A stretch of DNA of 64,000 nucleotides from assembly GCA_963795215.1 (NCBI GenBank), contig CAWCGW010000007.1, positions 639,745-703,744 of the forward strand, written 5' to 3'. The notes beneath the pieces are model-generated. The model saw nothing but the letters and a program-made list of their open reading frames with translations. It was not told the origin of the DNA and ran no database searches. The position numbers and the translations under genes are program-made. Shown here piece after piece: positions 36,449 through 45,615 of this stretch; positions within the stretch are counted from its first letter, which is position 1, and each line of letters starts with the position of its first letter. The stretch is from an uncultured Actinomycetota bacterium (lineage in GTDB: Bacteria > Actinomycetota > Actinomycetes > Propionibacteriales > Nocardioidaceae).

Positions 36449-38175
36449 CTGACAAGGGGCGGGAGACGGCCGGCGGACGCGTCGTCCTCCTGATGCTGCT
36501 CGGGCTCGTGCTGCTGGCCGGCGGTGCCTACGCCGCCGCGTACCTCGCGGCCAGCGACCGGGTCCCGCGCGGCACGACCGTGGCCGGGATCGAGATCGGC
36601 GGCCAGACCGAGGACGAGGCGGTCGCCAGCCTCGAGGAGGGTCTGGCCGACCGCACGTCGGGACCCGTCGAGGTGGCCGTGGCCGGCCGCACCGAGCGGC
36701 TGCGGCCCGAGGCGCTCGGCCTCGAGGTCGATCTCGACGCGACGGTGGAGGCCGCCGGTGGCGGCCGGTCCTGGGACCCCGCCCGGCTCTGGGACTACTA
36801 CACCGGGGGCGACGAGCTCGACCCCGTGCTCGCCGTCGACGACGAGGCGATGACCACCGCGCTCGAGGAGCTCTCCGAGCAGGTCGGCACCCCGGCCCGC
36901 GACGGCGCCGTCGGCTTCACCGGCGGCCGGGTCGACGTCCGGGAGCCGCGGCCGGGCCAGCGGCTCGACACCGACGCTGCGCGGGCGGCGATCGAGGAGC
37001 AGTGGCTGGCCGCGGAGGACGGCGACCCGGTCGCCCTGTCGCTCACGATCGCCGAGCCCGCCATCGACGCCGCCGACGTCGCCGCAGCGGTCGAGGAGTT
37101 CGCCAACCCCGCCGCCGCCGCCCCGGTCACGCTGCTCTTCGGCGGCTCCGAGATCCGGCTCTCCCAGCGCGAGTACCTCCCCGCCCTCGAGCTGCGCGCC
37201 GAGGACGGCGAGCTGGTGCCCGCCCTGAAGCGGAAGCGGCTCACCAGGATCCTGGACTCCCGGATCAGCTCCGGGGAGCCGGTCGACGCGACCGTGCGCC
37301 TGGTCGACGGCAAGCCGCGGGTGATCCGGGCCAAGCCGGGCGTCACCTACCGCCCGGCCGACGTGGAGGACCAGTTCCTCAAGCTGGTCACCCGCCCGCC
37401 CGGGAAGCGCAAGACCCGGATCGACTCCGTCACCGCCAAGCCCGAGGTGTCCACCCGCGAGGCCCGCCGGTGGGGGATCCGCGAGCGGGTCTCCACCTTC
37501 ACGACGTACTACCCGCACGCCGACTACCGCAACACCAACCTCGGGCGCGCGGCCGAGCTGGTCGACGGCACCGTCCTGGAGCCCGGCGAGGTCTTCTCCC
37601 TCAACGAGACCGTCGGGGAGCGCACCCGGGCCAACGGCTTCACCGAGGGCTTCATCATCTCCGACGGCATCCTGGTCGAGGACCTCGGCGGCGGGGTCTC
37701 GCAGATGGCGACGACGTCGTTCAACGCGGCGTTCTTCGCGGGGCTCAAGGACGTCGAGCACAAGCCCCACTCCTTCTACATCGACCGCTACCCGATCGGG
37801 CGCGAGGCCACCGTGGCCTGGGGCGCGGTCGACCTGCGGTTCCAGAACGACACCGACCACGGCGTGCTGATCTCCGCCAAGGTCACGCCCAGCACCCCCA
37901 GCAGCTCCGGGGTGGTGACCGTGAGCATGTGGTCGACCAAGACCTGGGACATCACCACCCGCACCTCCGGCCGCTACAACCTCACCCAGCCCGAGACCCG
38001 CCGCATCGACACGCCCGACTGCCACGCCAACGAGGGCTACGGCGGCTTCGACATCGACGTGTGGCGCTACTTCCGCAGGCCCGGGTCCGACGAGCTGGTG
38101 CGGTCGCAGAAGTTCCACACCACCTACACGCCGAGCGACACCGTCATCTGCACCAACCCGCGCGCGGACGGCTGA
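36436..38175 (+). CDS. VanW-family protein with N-terminal anchor and PG-binding-like repeats
   Basis: RNTNLGRAAELVDG, FSLNETVG, GGGVSQMATT, HKPHSFYIDRYP. Confidence 0.85.
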   Translation: MAPVTDKGRETAGGRVVLLMLLGLVLLAGGAYAAAYLAASDRVPRGTTVAGIEIGGQTEDEAVASLEEGLADRTSGPVEVAVAGRTERLRPEALGLEVDLDATVEAAGGGRSWDPARLWDYYTGGDELDPVLAVDDEAMTTALEELSEQVGTPARDGAVGFTGGRVDVREPRPGQRLDTDAARAAIEEQWLAAEDGDPVALSLTIAEPAIDAADVAAAVEEFANPAAAAPVTLLFGGSEIRLSQREYLPALELRAEDGELVPALKRKRLTRILDSRISSGEPVDATVRLVDGKPRVIRAKPGVTYRPADVEDQFLKLVTRPPGKRKTRIDSVTAKPEVSTREARRWGIRERVSTFTTYYPHADYRNTNLGRAAELVDGTVLEPGEVFSLNETVGERTRANGFTEGFIISDGILVEDLGGGVSQMATTSFNAAFFAGLKDVEHKPHSFYIDRYPIGREATVAWGAVDLRFQNDTDHGVLISAKVTPSTPSSSGVVTVSMWSTKTWDITTRTSGRYNLTQPETRRIDTPDCHANEGYGGFDIDVWRYFRRPGSDELVRSQKFHTTYTPSDTVICTNPRADG

Positions 38176-38187
38176 GCCGGCGACGCC

Positions 38188-39072
38188 TCAGCCGCCCGGC
38201 GTGAGGTAGCGGTAGGAGTGGTGGGCCGCGAAGCCCATCGGCTCGTAGAGCCGCCGCGCGGCCACGTTGTCGCCCAGCACCTGGAGGAACGCCGTGGTGG
38301 CGCCCTGAGCGGCGCCCCACTCCACGAGCGCGGCCATCACCGCCAGCGCCAGGCCGCTGCCCCGGTGGTCGGGGTCCGCCTGCACGCTGCGGAAGCCGAC
38401 CCAGTCCTCGGCGTACGCCGCGACCCCGCTCGCCACACCGTCCAGCTCGGCGCGCACCAGCCCCGGTCCCTCGGGCGTGAGGGTGGCCGGCGGCAGGTCC
38501 GGGGGCAGCGCGCGGACGACCCGGGCCACGGAGGCGAGCATGAAGACGGTGTCGGCCTCGTGCCCCTCGGTGACCCAGCCGCGGGAGCGGAACAGTGCGT
38601 CCTCCTCGGAGTCGGGCAGCACGTTGGCGACGGGGCGCTCGTAGTGGGCGACCACCCGCTCGTAGGCGTCGGGCACCCCGGCCGGGCCGAAGGCCATCAC
38701 GGAGTTCGCCCGGCGGGCGGTCGAGGTCGCGGAGTCGCGCAGCAGCCACTCGCCGAGCGGCTCGGTGACGGTGTCGGGCCACAGCGCGAGCGCGCGGCGC
38801 TGGCACTCCCGCGGCGTCACCCGGAACCGCACGGACGCGCGCGGCGGCACCGGCTTGCCCGAGACCACCAGCGCGAGCGGGATGGTGACCGCCGCCCCGG
38901 AGGCGGGCTGCACGACGCACTCCCCGTCGGACCAGCGCAGGCACACACCGAGCACGTCGGTCATCGCCGGCCCGCCGCTCGGGCCGGTCTCGCCGGGCAG
39001 CAGCCGGCGGACGACGACCCGCTGGCCGACCACGTGGGGACCCAGTCGGTGGGCCTCGGACGACTCGGGCAC
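38188..39072 (-). CDS. GNAT-family acetyltransferase
   Basis: C-terminal HRGSGLA...LQVLGDNVAARRLYEPMGF. Confidence 0.8.
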   Translation of the reverse strand: MPESSEAHRLGPHVVGQRVVVRRLLPGETGPSGGPAMTDVLGVCLRWSDGECVVQPASGAAVTIPLALVVSGKPVPPRASVRFRVTPRECQRRALALWPDTVTEPLGEWLLRDSATSTARRANSVMAFGPAGVPDAYERVVAHYERPVANVLPDSEEDALFRSRGWVTEGHEADTVFMLASVARVVRALPPDLPPATLTPEGPGLVRAELDGVASGVAAYAEDWVGFRSVQADPDHRGSGLALAVMAALVEWGAAQGATTAFLQVLGDNVAARRLYEPMGFAAHHSYRYLTPGG

Positions 39073-39130
39073 AGCGAGAGACTAGGCTGGATCCCGCAGT
39101 GGATTCCGCACCGTCTCAGAGGAGGATCTG

Positions 39131-39457
39131 GTGACCTACGTCATCGCCCAGCCGTGCGTCGACCTCAAGGACCGGGCCTGTGTCGACGAGTGTCCGGTGG
39201 ACTGCATCTACGAGGGCAAGCGGATGCTCTACATCCACCCCGACGAGTGCGTCGACTGCGGCGCCTGCGAGCCGGTCTGCCCGGTCGAGGCGATCTTCTA
39301 CGAGGACGACACCCCGGAGGAGTGGAAGGGCTACTACGACGCCAACGTCCACTTCTTCGACGACCTGGGCTCGCCCGGCGGTGCGGCCAAGATGGGCGAG
39401 ATCGACCACGACCACTCCCTCGTCGCGGCGCTGCCGCCGCAGGAGCACGACGAGTGA
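39131..39457 (+). CDS. fdxA: 7Fe ferredoxin
   Basis: CVDECPVDC, ECVDCGACEPVCP. Confidence 0.95.
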   Translation: MTYVIAQPCVDLKDRACVDECPVDCIYEGKRMLYIHPDECVDCGACEPVCPVEAIFYEDDTPEEWKGYYDANVHFFDDLGSPGGAAKMGEIDHDHSLVAALPPQEHDE

Positions 39458-39469
39458 CCTCTCGCACCG

Positions 39470-40603
39470 GTGCATGAGGTGCGAGCGCAGCGGGCCCTGA
39501 CCCCGGTCTCCCGGCGGCTCCCCGACTTCCCGTGGGACCAGCTGGCGCCGTACGCCGTCACGGCGCGCGCCCATCCCGACGGCGTGGTCGACCTGTCGGT
39601 CGGGACCCCGGTCGACCCGACGCCCGAGGTCGTCCGGTCGGCGCTGCGCGACGCCGCGGACGCGCCGGGCTACCCCACGACGCTGGGCCTGCTGGAGACC
39701 CGGCAGGCCGCGGTCGACTGGCTGGCCCGGCGCCACGGGGTCACCGGGCTGGGCCCGGCCGGCGTGCTGCCCGTCGTCGGCTCCAAGGAGCTGATCGGCT
39801 CGCTGCCGTTCCACCTCGGGATCGGGGCCGGTGACCTGATCGGGTATCCCGAGCTCGCCTACCCGACCTACGAGGTGGGGGCGGCGCTGTGCGGGGCGCG
39901 CGCGGTGGCGGCCGACTCGCTCACCTCCTTCGGGCCCGAGACGCCGGCGCTGCTGTGGCTCAACAGCCCCTCCAACCCCTCCGGCCGCGTGCTGCCACCC
40001 GACCACCTGCGCAAGGTGGTCGACTGGTGCCGCGAGCGGGGGACGCTGCTGGTCTCCGACGAGTGCTACCTCGAGTGCTCCTGGGAGGGCACCCGGCCGG
40101 TGTCGGTGCTGCACCCCGACATCAGCGGCGGCAGCCACGACGGGATCCTCGCGGTCCACTCGCTGTCGAAGCGCTCCAACCTCGCGGGCTACCGCTGTGC
40201 CTTCGTGGCCGGTGACGAGGCGGTGCTGGCCGAGCTGCTCGCCGTCCGCAAGAACCTCGGGCTGATGATGCCCACCCCGCAGCAGCACGCGATGGCCGCG
40301 GCGCTCGCCGACGACGAGCACGCCACCGCCCAGCACGCGACCTACGCCGCCCGCCGGGCGGTGCTGCGCGAGGCGCTCGAGCAGGCCGGCTTCCGGGTCG
40401 ACCACTCCGAGGCCTCGCTCTACCTCTGGACGACGCGCGGCCCCGACACCGGGTGCTGGGACCTCGTGCAGTGGTTCGCCGAGCGCGGCCTGCTGGTCGC
40501 CCCCGGCGCGTTCTACGGCGCCGCCGGCCGCCACCACGTCCGGATCGCCTTCACCGCCACCGACGAGCGCGTCGCCGCCGCCGCCACCCGCCTCACCCAG
40601 TGA
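39470..40603 (+). CDS. dapC: Succinyldiaminopimelate transaminase
   Basis: RLPDFPWD, NSPSNP, SDECY, SLSKRSNLAGYR; follows fdxA. Start codon uncertain. Confidence 0.88.
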   Translation: MHEVRAQRALTPVSRRLPDFPWDQLAPYAVTARAHPDGVVDLSVGTPVDPTPEVVRSALRDAADAPGYPTTLGLLETRQAAVDWLARRHGVTGLGPAGVLPVVGSKELIGSLPFHLGIGAGDLIGYPELAYPTYEVGAALCGARAVAADSLTSFGPETPALLWLNSPSNPSGRVLPPDHLRKVVDWCRERGTLLVSDECYLECSWEGTRPVSVLHPDISGGSHDGILAVHSLSKRSNLAGYRCAFVAGDEAVLAELLAVRKNLGLMMPTPQQHAMAAALADDEHATAQHATYAARRAVLREALEQAGFRVDHSEASLYLWTTRGPDTGCWDLVQWFAERGLLVAPGAFYGAAGRHHVRIAFTATDERVAAAATRLTQ

Positions 40604-40657
40604 GTCGAGTTGCCACGCGCGCGGGTCGAGTCGCCACGTGCGCGGGTCGAGTCGCCA
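40604..40657 (+). repeat. 21-bp intergenic tandem repeat, about 2.6 copies
   Basis: GTCGAGTTGCCACGCGCGCGG / GTCGAGTCGCCACGTGCGCGG / GTCGAGTCGCCA between convergent genes. Confidence 0.8.
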
Positions 40658-40663
40658 GCTGGG

Positions 40664-40942
40664 TCAGTGCGGGCCGTCGATCGGGGTCCGGGGCTCGGCG
40701 CCGGTCCAGGGATCCGGGTCGGTCTCCGTCAGCGGCTCCTCCGCGTGCACGCGCACCGCGGCGACGTCCTGGATCCGTACGACGTGGTGGTCAGAACCCT
40801 CTCCGGTGAGCACGACGCCGTGCCCGTCCACGTCCGAGACCAGGCCCTCGATCCAGTGTCCGGCGACCAGGACCTGTACGACCACGCCGTGCTCGCGGGC
40901 GCGGCCCAGCGCGGTGCCGATGGTGTACAGCGTCGACTGCAT
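40664..40942 (-). CDS. Small hypothetical protein, possible Sm/Hfq-like fold
   Basis: MQSTLYTIGTALGRAREHGVVVQVLVAGHWIEGLVSDVDGHGVVL...VVRIQDVAAVRV; RBS GGAGGG. Confidence 0.7.
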   Translation of the reverse strand: MQSTLYTIGTALGRAREHGVVVQVLVAGHWIEGLVSDVDGHGVVLTGEGSDHHVVRIQDVAAVRVHAEEPLTETDPDPWTGAEPRTPIDGPH

Positions 40943-41072
40943 GCGGTTCCCTCCGTGTCCCGGTACGTCCCCACGACCCCGAGCTTCCCCCTGACGGTAG
41001 GGCAGCGGAACACGTAGGTCACCCGCTCCGGGCAAAGTCTGGCCGGACGCCGGGCGACATGGCCCGAACGGG

Positions 41073-42041
41073 TCAGGAGAAGACGTCGACGTGGACGTGG
41101 TCGCGGTGCTCGAGGACCGCCGCGGTCGCCGCGTCGCGACCCGAGGTGTCGGGCCGGTAGGGCCGCCAGCCGTCGTCGGAGCGCCAGCCGGCGGTCCAGA
41201 TCCGCCCGTCGAAGATGACGGTGCGGATCTCGAGCCGCGCGGCGTGCGCCACGAGGTACTGGGCGAGCGCCCAGCCGCGGTCCTTGCTCGCCTCGTTGAC
41301 CGGGCGGAAGAAGACGTCGACGGCGCGGCCCTCGTAGTGCGCCGAACCGGACATGTGGCCGTCCCGGACGCCGCCCGGCGCGAAGCCGCCGAGCGACTGG
41401 GGGCCGAAGACCGCCTCGACGTCACGACGTACGCGGGCCGCCCGATCGGTCAGCCCCGCGTCGTCGAGCCGGGTGGAGGCCGCCTCGGGCTCGTCGGACT
41501 GGACGCAGGACAGCGCGGCCCACGACTCCCCGGTCAGCGCGCTGGCCAGCACCCGGGCGTCGGCCTCGTGGTCGGCGTAGGCGTCGGGGTAGGCCGAGCG
41601 CTGCACGGTCTGCGCCGCGACGGTGACCTCCATCCCCTCGTAGCCGTCGACACCGACCAGCGCGTCGTAGAAGGCGTTGGTCGCGTAGACCGGGTCGGTC
41701 AGCTGCTTGGGCGTGCCCCAGCCCTGGGACGGACGCTGCTGGAACAGCCCGAGCGAGTCGCGGTCACCGAAGTCGATGTTGCGGAGCTTGGACTCCTGGT
41801 AGGCGGTCGCCAGCGCGATCGTCGCCGCCCGCGCGGGCAGGCCGCGCCGGACCGAGATCGCCGTGATCAGGGCGGCGTTCTCCGCCTGCTCGGGGGCCAG
41901 CACGACGGTGCGGCCCTGGACGGTGGCGCGGCAGTCGTCGGCTCGGAGCCGCTGGGTGACGTCGTCGCCGACGAGCTGCCAGGTGAGGACGCCGGCAGCG
42001 ACGACACCGATCGCCGTGGCAGCGGCCCAGACCCGCCTCAT
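41073..42041 (-). CDS. Secreted putative cell-wall hydrolase: lysozyme-like domain plus M15-type Zn peptidase domain
   Basis: Signal anchor; ALATAYQESKLRN...DSLGLFQQRPSQGWG; SAHYEGRAVD ... HRDHVHV. Confidence 0.65.
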   Translation of the reverse strand: MRRVWAAATAIGVVAAGVLTWQLVGDDVTQRLRADDCRATVQGRTVVLAPEQAENAALITAISVRRGLPARAATIALATAYQESKLRNIDFGDRDSLGLFQQRPSQGWGTPKQLTDPVYATNAFYDALVGVDGYEGMEVTVAAQTVQRSAYPDAYADHEADARVLASALTGESWAALSCVQSDEPEAASTRLDDAGLTDRAARVRRDVEAVFGPQSLGGFAPGGVRDGHMSGSAHYEGRAVDVFFRPVNEASKDRGWALAQYLVAHAARLEIRTVIFDGRIWTAGWRSDDGWRPYRPDTSGRDAATAAVLEHRDHVHVDVFS

Positions 42042-42051
42042 GGTCGGTCCA

Positions 42052-43020
42052 TCAGTTCGCGTGCAGGGCCGCGTTGAGGGCGATGCCCTCGCCCTGCCAC
42101 GGGACGGCCTCGACGGCGCCGCTGACCGAGTTGCGGCGGAACAGGACGTTGCTCGCGCCCGAGAGGCTCGCGGCCTTGATGACCTTCGGCTTGCTGTCGA
42201 TGTCGGAGATGGTCACCTTGGTGCCGGCCGTGACGTAGCAACCTGCCTCGACCACGCAGTCGTCGCCGAGCGAGATGCCGATGCCGGAGTTCGCCCCCAG
42301 CAGGCAGCGCTCACCGAGGGAGATGACCTGCGTGCCGCCACCGGAGAGGGTGCCCATGATGGAGGCGCCGCCGCCCACGTCGGTGCCGTCACCGACGACC
42401 ACGCCGGCCGAGATCCGCCCCTCGACCATGGAGGAGCCCAGGGTGCCGGCGTTGTAGTTGACGAAGCCCTCGTGCATCACCGTCGTGCCCTCGGCGAGGT
42501 GGGCGCCCAGCCGCACCCGGTCGGCGTCGGCGATCCGTACGCCGGTCGGGACGACGTAGTCGACCATCCGCGGGAACTTGTCGATGCCGAGGACCTGGAC
42601 CGGCCCTGACGAACGCAGCCGCAGCCGGGTCGCCTCGAAGTCGTCGACCGGACACGGGCCGTGGTTGGTCCAGGCGACGTTGCTGAGCACCCCGAAGATC
42701 CCCTCGAGGTTCTGGCCGTGGGGCGCGACGAGCCGGTGGGAGAGCAGCTGCAGCCGCAGGTAGGCGTCGACGGCGTCCTTCGGCGGGTCGGCGAGGGCGA
42801 TCTCGACGGTCACCACCTCGGTGCGCACCCGCCGCTCGGGGAAGTCGCCGGCCTGCTCGGCGAGCTCGGCGGGCGGCTGGTCGTCCGCGGGTCGGCTGCC
42901 CAGCACGGGGGCGGGGAACCAGGCCTCGAGGACGGTGCCCTCGGAGGCGCCGCTCGTCACGATCGTGGCCAGGCCGTGGCCCCAGGCGGAGGAGGGTGCA
43001 GCAGTCGCAGTCTCGGTCAC
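42052..43020 (-). CDS. dapD: Tetrahydrodipicolinate N-succinyltransferase (actinobacterial type)
   Basis: [35 protein letters not shown] hexapeptide region. Confidence 0.92.
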   Translation of the reverse strand: MTETATAAPSSAWGHGLATIVTSGASEGTVLEAWFPAPVLGSRPADDQPPAELAEQAGDFPERRVRTEVVTVEIALADPPKDAVDAYLRLQLLSHRLVAPHGQNLEGIFGVLSNVAWTNHGPCPVDDFEATRLRLRSSGPVQVLGIDKFPRMVDYVVPTGVRIADADRVRLGAHLAEGTTVMHEGFVNYNAGTLGSSMVEGRISAGVVVGDGTDVGGGASIMGTLSGGGTQVISLGERCLLGANSGIGISLGDDCVVEAGCYVTAGTKVTISDIDSKPKVIKAASLSGASNVLFRRNSVSGAVEAVPWQGEGIALNAALHAN

Positions 43021-43029
43021 GGACCAAGC

Positions 43030-43854
43030 CTACGGAGTGGGCCGTGGCGTCCCGAGGGTGGTGGCGAGCCAGCCGAGCATGTCCAGGGTGTGGTCGTTCC
43101 AGTAGACCCGGGTGTGCCCTCCGGGGCCCTCCACGAACGTCTCGGGCTCCGGGGCGGCCGCGACCAGGGCGCGGGCGCCGTCGTGGAACGGGTCCCGGTC
43201 ACCGCACCACAGCCCCCACGGCACCCGCTCCAGCGCCGAGAGGTCCGCCAGCGCGGGGTCCGCCGCGTGCAGGGCCGGGCTGAACAGCGCCAGCCCCCGC
43301 GCCCACCCCGGGTGGGCCTGGACGAACCGGAGTGCGCCGTACCCACCCCGGGACCAGCCCCACAGCGCCCGCGCGTCGCCGAACCCGCGCTCCTCGAGCC
43401 ACAGCGGCAGCTCGTCGCGGAGCATCGCCTGGGGGTCCACCCCGCCGCCGGGGACCCACCCGGCCGGGCCGTCGTCGGTACCGGCGAGGACGAACGGCGG
43501 CGCCCCCGCCGCCACCGCCGCCGTGACGAACCGGGGGAGCCCGAGCCCGGGGAGCGCGGCTGCGGTCGCGGAGGACCCGTGCAGCACGACCACCACCGGG
43601 AGCCCGGCGCCGTCCCCGTGCCCGGCCGGCACCGCCGTGAACAGGTCGAGGTCGCCGAGGTGCCGTGAGGTGCGGGACTCGACCCGGACCTCGCCCTCCG
43701 CGACGTCCGGTACGAAGGGGGCGGGAGTCAGGCCGACCGCGTCCCGGATCCGCCAGGTGACCGCCGGGGGTGCCAGCTGCCAGCCCGCGACGGTGGCGGT
43801 GCCGAGCACGCCGGCCGCGGCGGCGCCACCGAGCAGGCGGCGGCGGGTGATCAC
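43030..43854 (-). CDS. Tat-exported alpha/beta-hydrolase (esterase)
   Basis: TRRRLLGG Tat motif; LWGWSRGGYG nucleophile elbow; GGHT. Confidence 0.8.
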   Translation of the reverse strand: MITRRRLLGGAAAAGVLGTATVAGWQLAPPAVTWRIRDAVGLTPAPFVPDVAEGEVRVESRTSRHLGDLDLFTAVPAGHGDGAGLPVVVVLHGSSATAAALPGLGLPRFVTAAVAAGAPPFVLAGTDDGPAGWVPGGGVDPQAMLRDELPLWLEERGFGDARALWGWSRGGYGALRFVQAHPGWARGLALFSPALHAADPALADLSALERVPWGLWCGDRDPFHDGARALVAAAPEPETFVEGPGGHTRVYWNDHTLDMLGWLATTLGTPRPTP

Positions 43855-44771
43855 CCGCCGAGGATAGGCGCCCTCGGCGTACGACGGGAGCGTCCACGGC
43901 GGGTGACGGCGAGCGCGACGCCGAGGACGGCGACCAGCAGGCCGGCGAGCTCGCGCAGGCCGAGGGTCTCGCCGAGCACGAGCCACGCCATCACGGCCGT
44001 GACGGGGGGTGCGAGGAAGAAGACGCTGGAGGCGGCACCGGCGCCGCCGCCGCGAACCACGGCGCCGAGCAGGATCAGGCCGACGATCGAGTTCACGACC
44101 GCGAGGAACACCACGACGATCGCGCCGCGCACCGGGTCGTGGACCGTGGAGGTGCCCTCGAGGGTGAGCCCCAGGACCAGGCAGAACGGCGTGGACACCG
44201 CGAACTGCAGGCTGGCCGACCACCAGGGATCGACCGTGGCCGGGATCCACCGCTGTCCCATGGTGCCGAGGCTGAGGGCGAGCATCCCGAGCAGCCCGAA
44301 GCCGAGCCCGACGACGCCGCCGGCCTCCTCGATGTCGGGGCCGAGCACCACGAGGACGCCGGCCACGCCGATCGCGAGGCCCGCGACCTGGGCCGGGCGG
44401 ACCTGCTCGCCGAGCAGCAGCCCGGCGAGCACCACGGTCAGCACGGGGGAGAGGGAGTGGAGCAGCGCGCCGAGGGTCGCGCCCAGGCCGGCCGCGAAGG
44501 CGACGTACATGAACCCGAACTGGACGCCGTTCATCACCAACCCGACCAGCAGCACCCGGGTGAGGGCGCGCCGGCCGATCCGCAGCGGCCCCCGCAGCCA
44601 CCGGGTCAGCGGGACGAGCAAGGCCGTGGCGAGGGCGAACCGCATCGCCAGCAGGCTGAACGGCTCGACCACCTGCACCCCGGCGGGGCCGGCGATGTAG
44701 CCCGAGGACCACACCAGGACGAACGCTCCGGCCGGCAGCCACGGGAACGTGGAGTCCGCCCGGGCCGTCAC
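43851..44771 (-). CDS. DMT/EamA-family transporter
   Basis: VWSSGYI, two EamA repeats, about 10 TM. Confidence 0.88.
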   Translation of the reverse strand: MTARADSTFPWLPAGAFVLVWSSGYIAGPAGVQVVEPFSLLAMRFALATALLVPLTRWLRGPLRIGRRALTRVLLVGLVMNGVQFGFMYVAFAAGLGATLGALLHSLSPVLTVVLAGLLLGEQVRPAQVAGLAIGVAGVLVVLGPDIEEAGGVVGLGFGLLGMLALSLGTMGQRWIPATVDPWWSASLQFAVSTPFCLVLGLTLEGTSTVHDPVRGAIVVVFLAVVNSIVGLILLGAVVRGGGAGAASSVFFLAPPVTAVMAWLVLGETLGLRELAGLLVAVLGVALAVTRRGRSRRTPRAPILGG

Positions 44772-44790
44772 CCGGGCAGCCTCGCACGGG

Positions 44791-45615
44791 TCACTTGCTG
44801 GTCGAGCGGCGGTACTGGCGGACCGAGAGCGGCGCGAAGACCGCCACGATGGCCGCCGACCAGATCAGGGTGTAGACGACGGGATGCTGCAGCGCCCACG
44901 AGTCGGGCACCGGGACGCCGGGCGCGGTGTTGCCGAAGAGCTCGCGACAGGCCTGGGTGACGGTGGAGACGGGGTTCCACTCGACGAAGGTGCGCAGCAC
45001 GCCCGAGAACGACTCCAGCGGCACGAACGCGTTGGACACGAAGGTCAGCGGGAAGATCACGACGAAGGAGGCGTTGTTGACGACCTCGACGCTGGGGACC
45101 AGCAACCCGACGTAGGCCATGATCCAGCTGATGGCGTAGGCGAAGACCAGCAGCACGAGGAACCCGAGCGCCGCGTCGACGACGCCCTCCCGGATCCGCC
45201 AGCCGACCAGCAGCCCGGTCAGCGCCATGATCACCAGCGAGATCACGTTGTAGGCGACGTCGGAGGTGGTCCGCCCCACGAGCACGGCCGAGGGCGACAT
45301 GGGCAGCGACCGGAACCGGTCGATGATGCCCTTCTGCATGTCGTCGGCCAGGCCGTAGCCGGTGAACGTCGCCCCGAAGACGACGGTCTGCGCGAAGATC
45401 CCCGCGATCAGGAACTCCTTGTAGTCGACGTCGCCCGGGACCTCGATCGCGCCGCCGAACACGTAGGCGAACAGCAGCACGAACATGATCGGCGAGATCA
45501 GGACGAACACCAGGATGTCGGGCACCCGCTTGATCTTGATCAGGTTGCGCTTGGCGACGACCCAGCCGTCGATCAGGGCGCGGACGGGACCGTGGGTGAT
45601 CTCGGTGGTGCTCAT
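44791..45615 (-). CDS. ABC-2 permease (DrrB-like)
   Basis: KRNLIKIKR, GIIDRFRSLPMS, WNPVS. Confidence 0.9.
   Translation of the reverse strand: MSTTEITHGPVRALIDGWVVAKRNLIKIKRVPDILVFVLISPIMFVLLFAYVFGGAIEVPGDVDYKEFLIAGIFAQTVVFGATFTGYGLADDMQKGIIDRFRSLPMSPSAVLVGRTTSDVAYNVISLVIMALTGLLVGWRIREGVVDAALGFLVLLVFAYAISWIMAYVGLLVPSVEVVNNASFVVIFPLTFVSNAFVPLESFSGVLRTFVEWNPVSTVTQACRELFGNTAPGVPVPDSWALQHPVVYTLIWSAAIVAVFAPLSVRQYRRSTSK

Noticed and set aside
36436-38175. VanW as a vancomycin-resistance locus
   Set aside because: No vanH/vanA/vanX/vanRS nearby; stand-alone VanW-family genes are ordinary at this mshB-fdxA position.
40604-40657. Tandem 21-mers as a mini-CRISPR
   Set aside because: Repeats are contiguous with no spacers and there are no cas genes.
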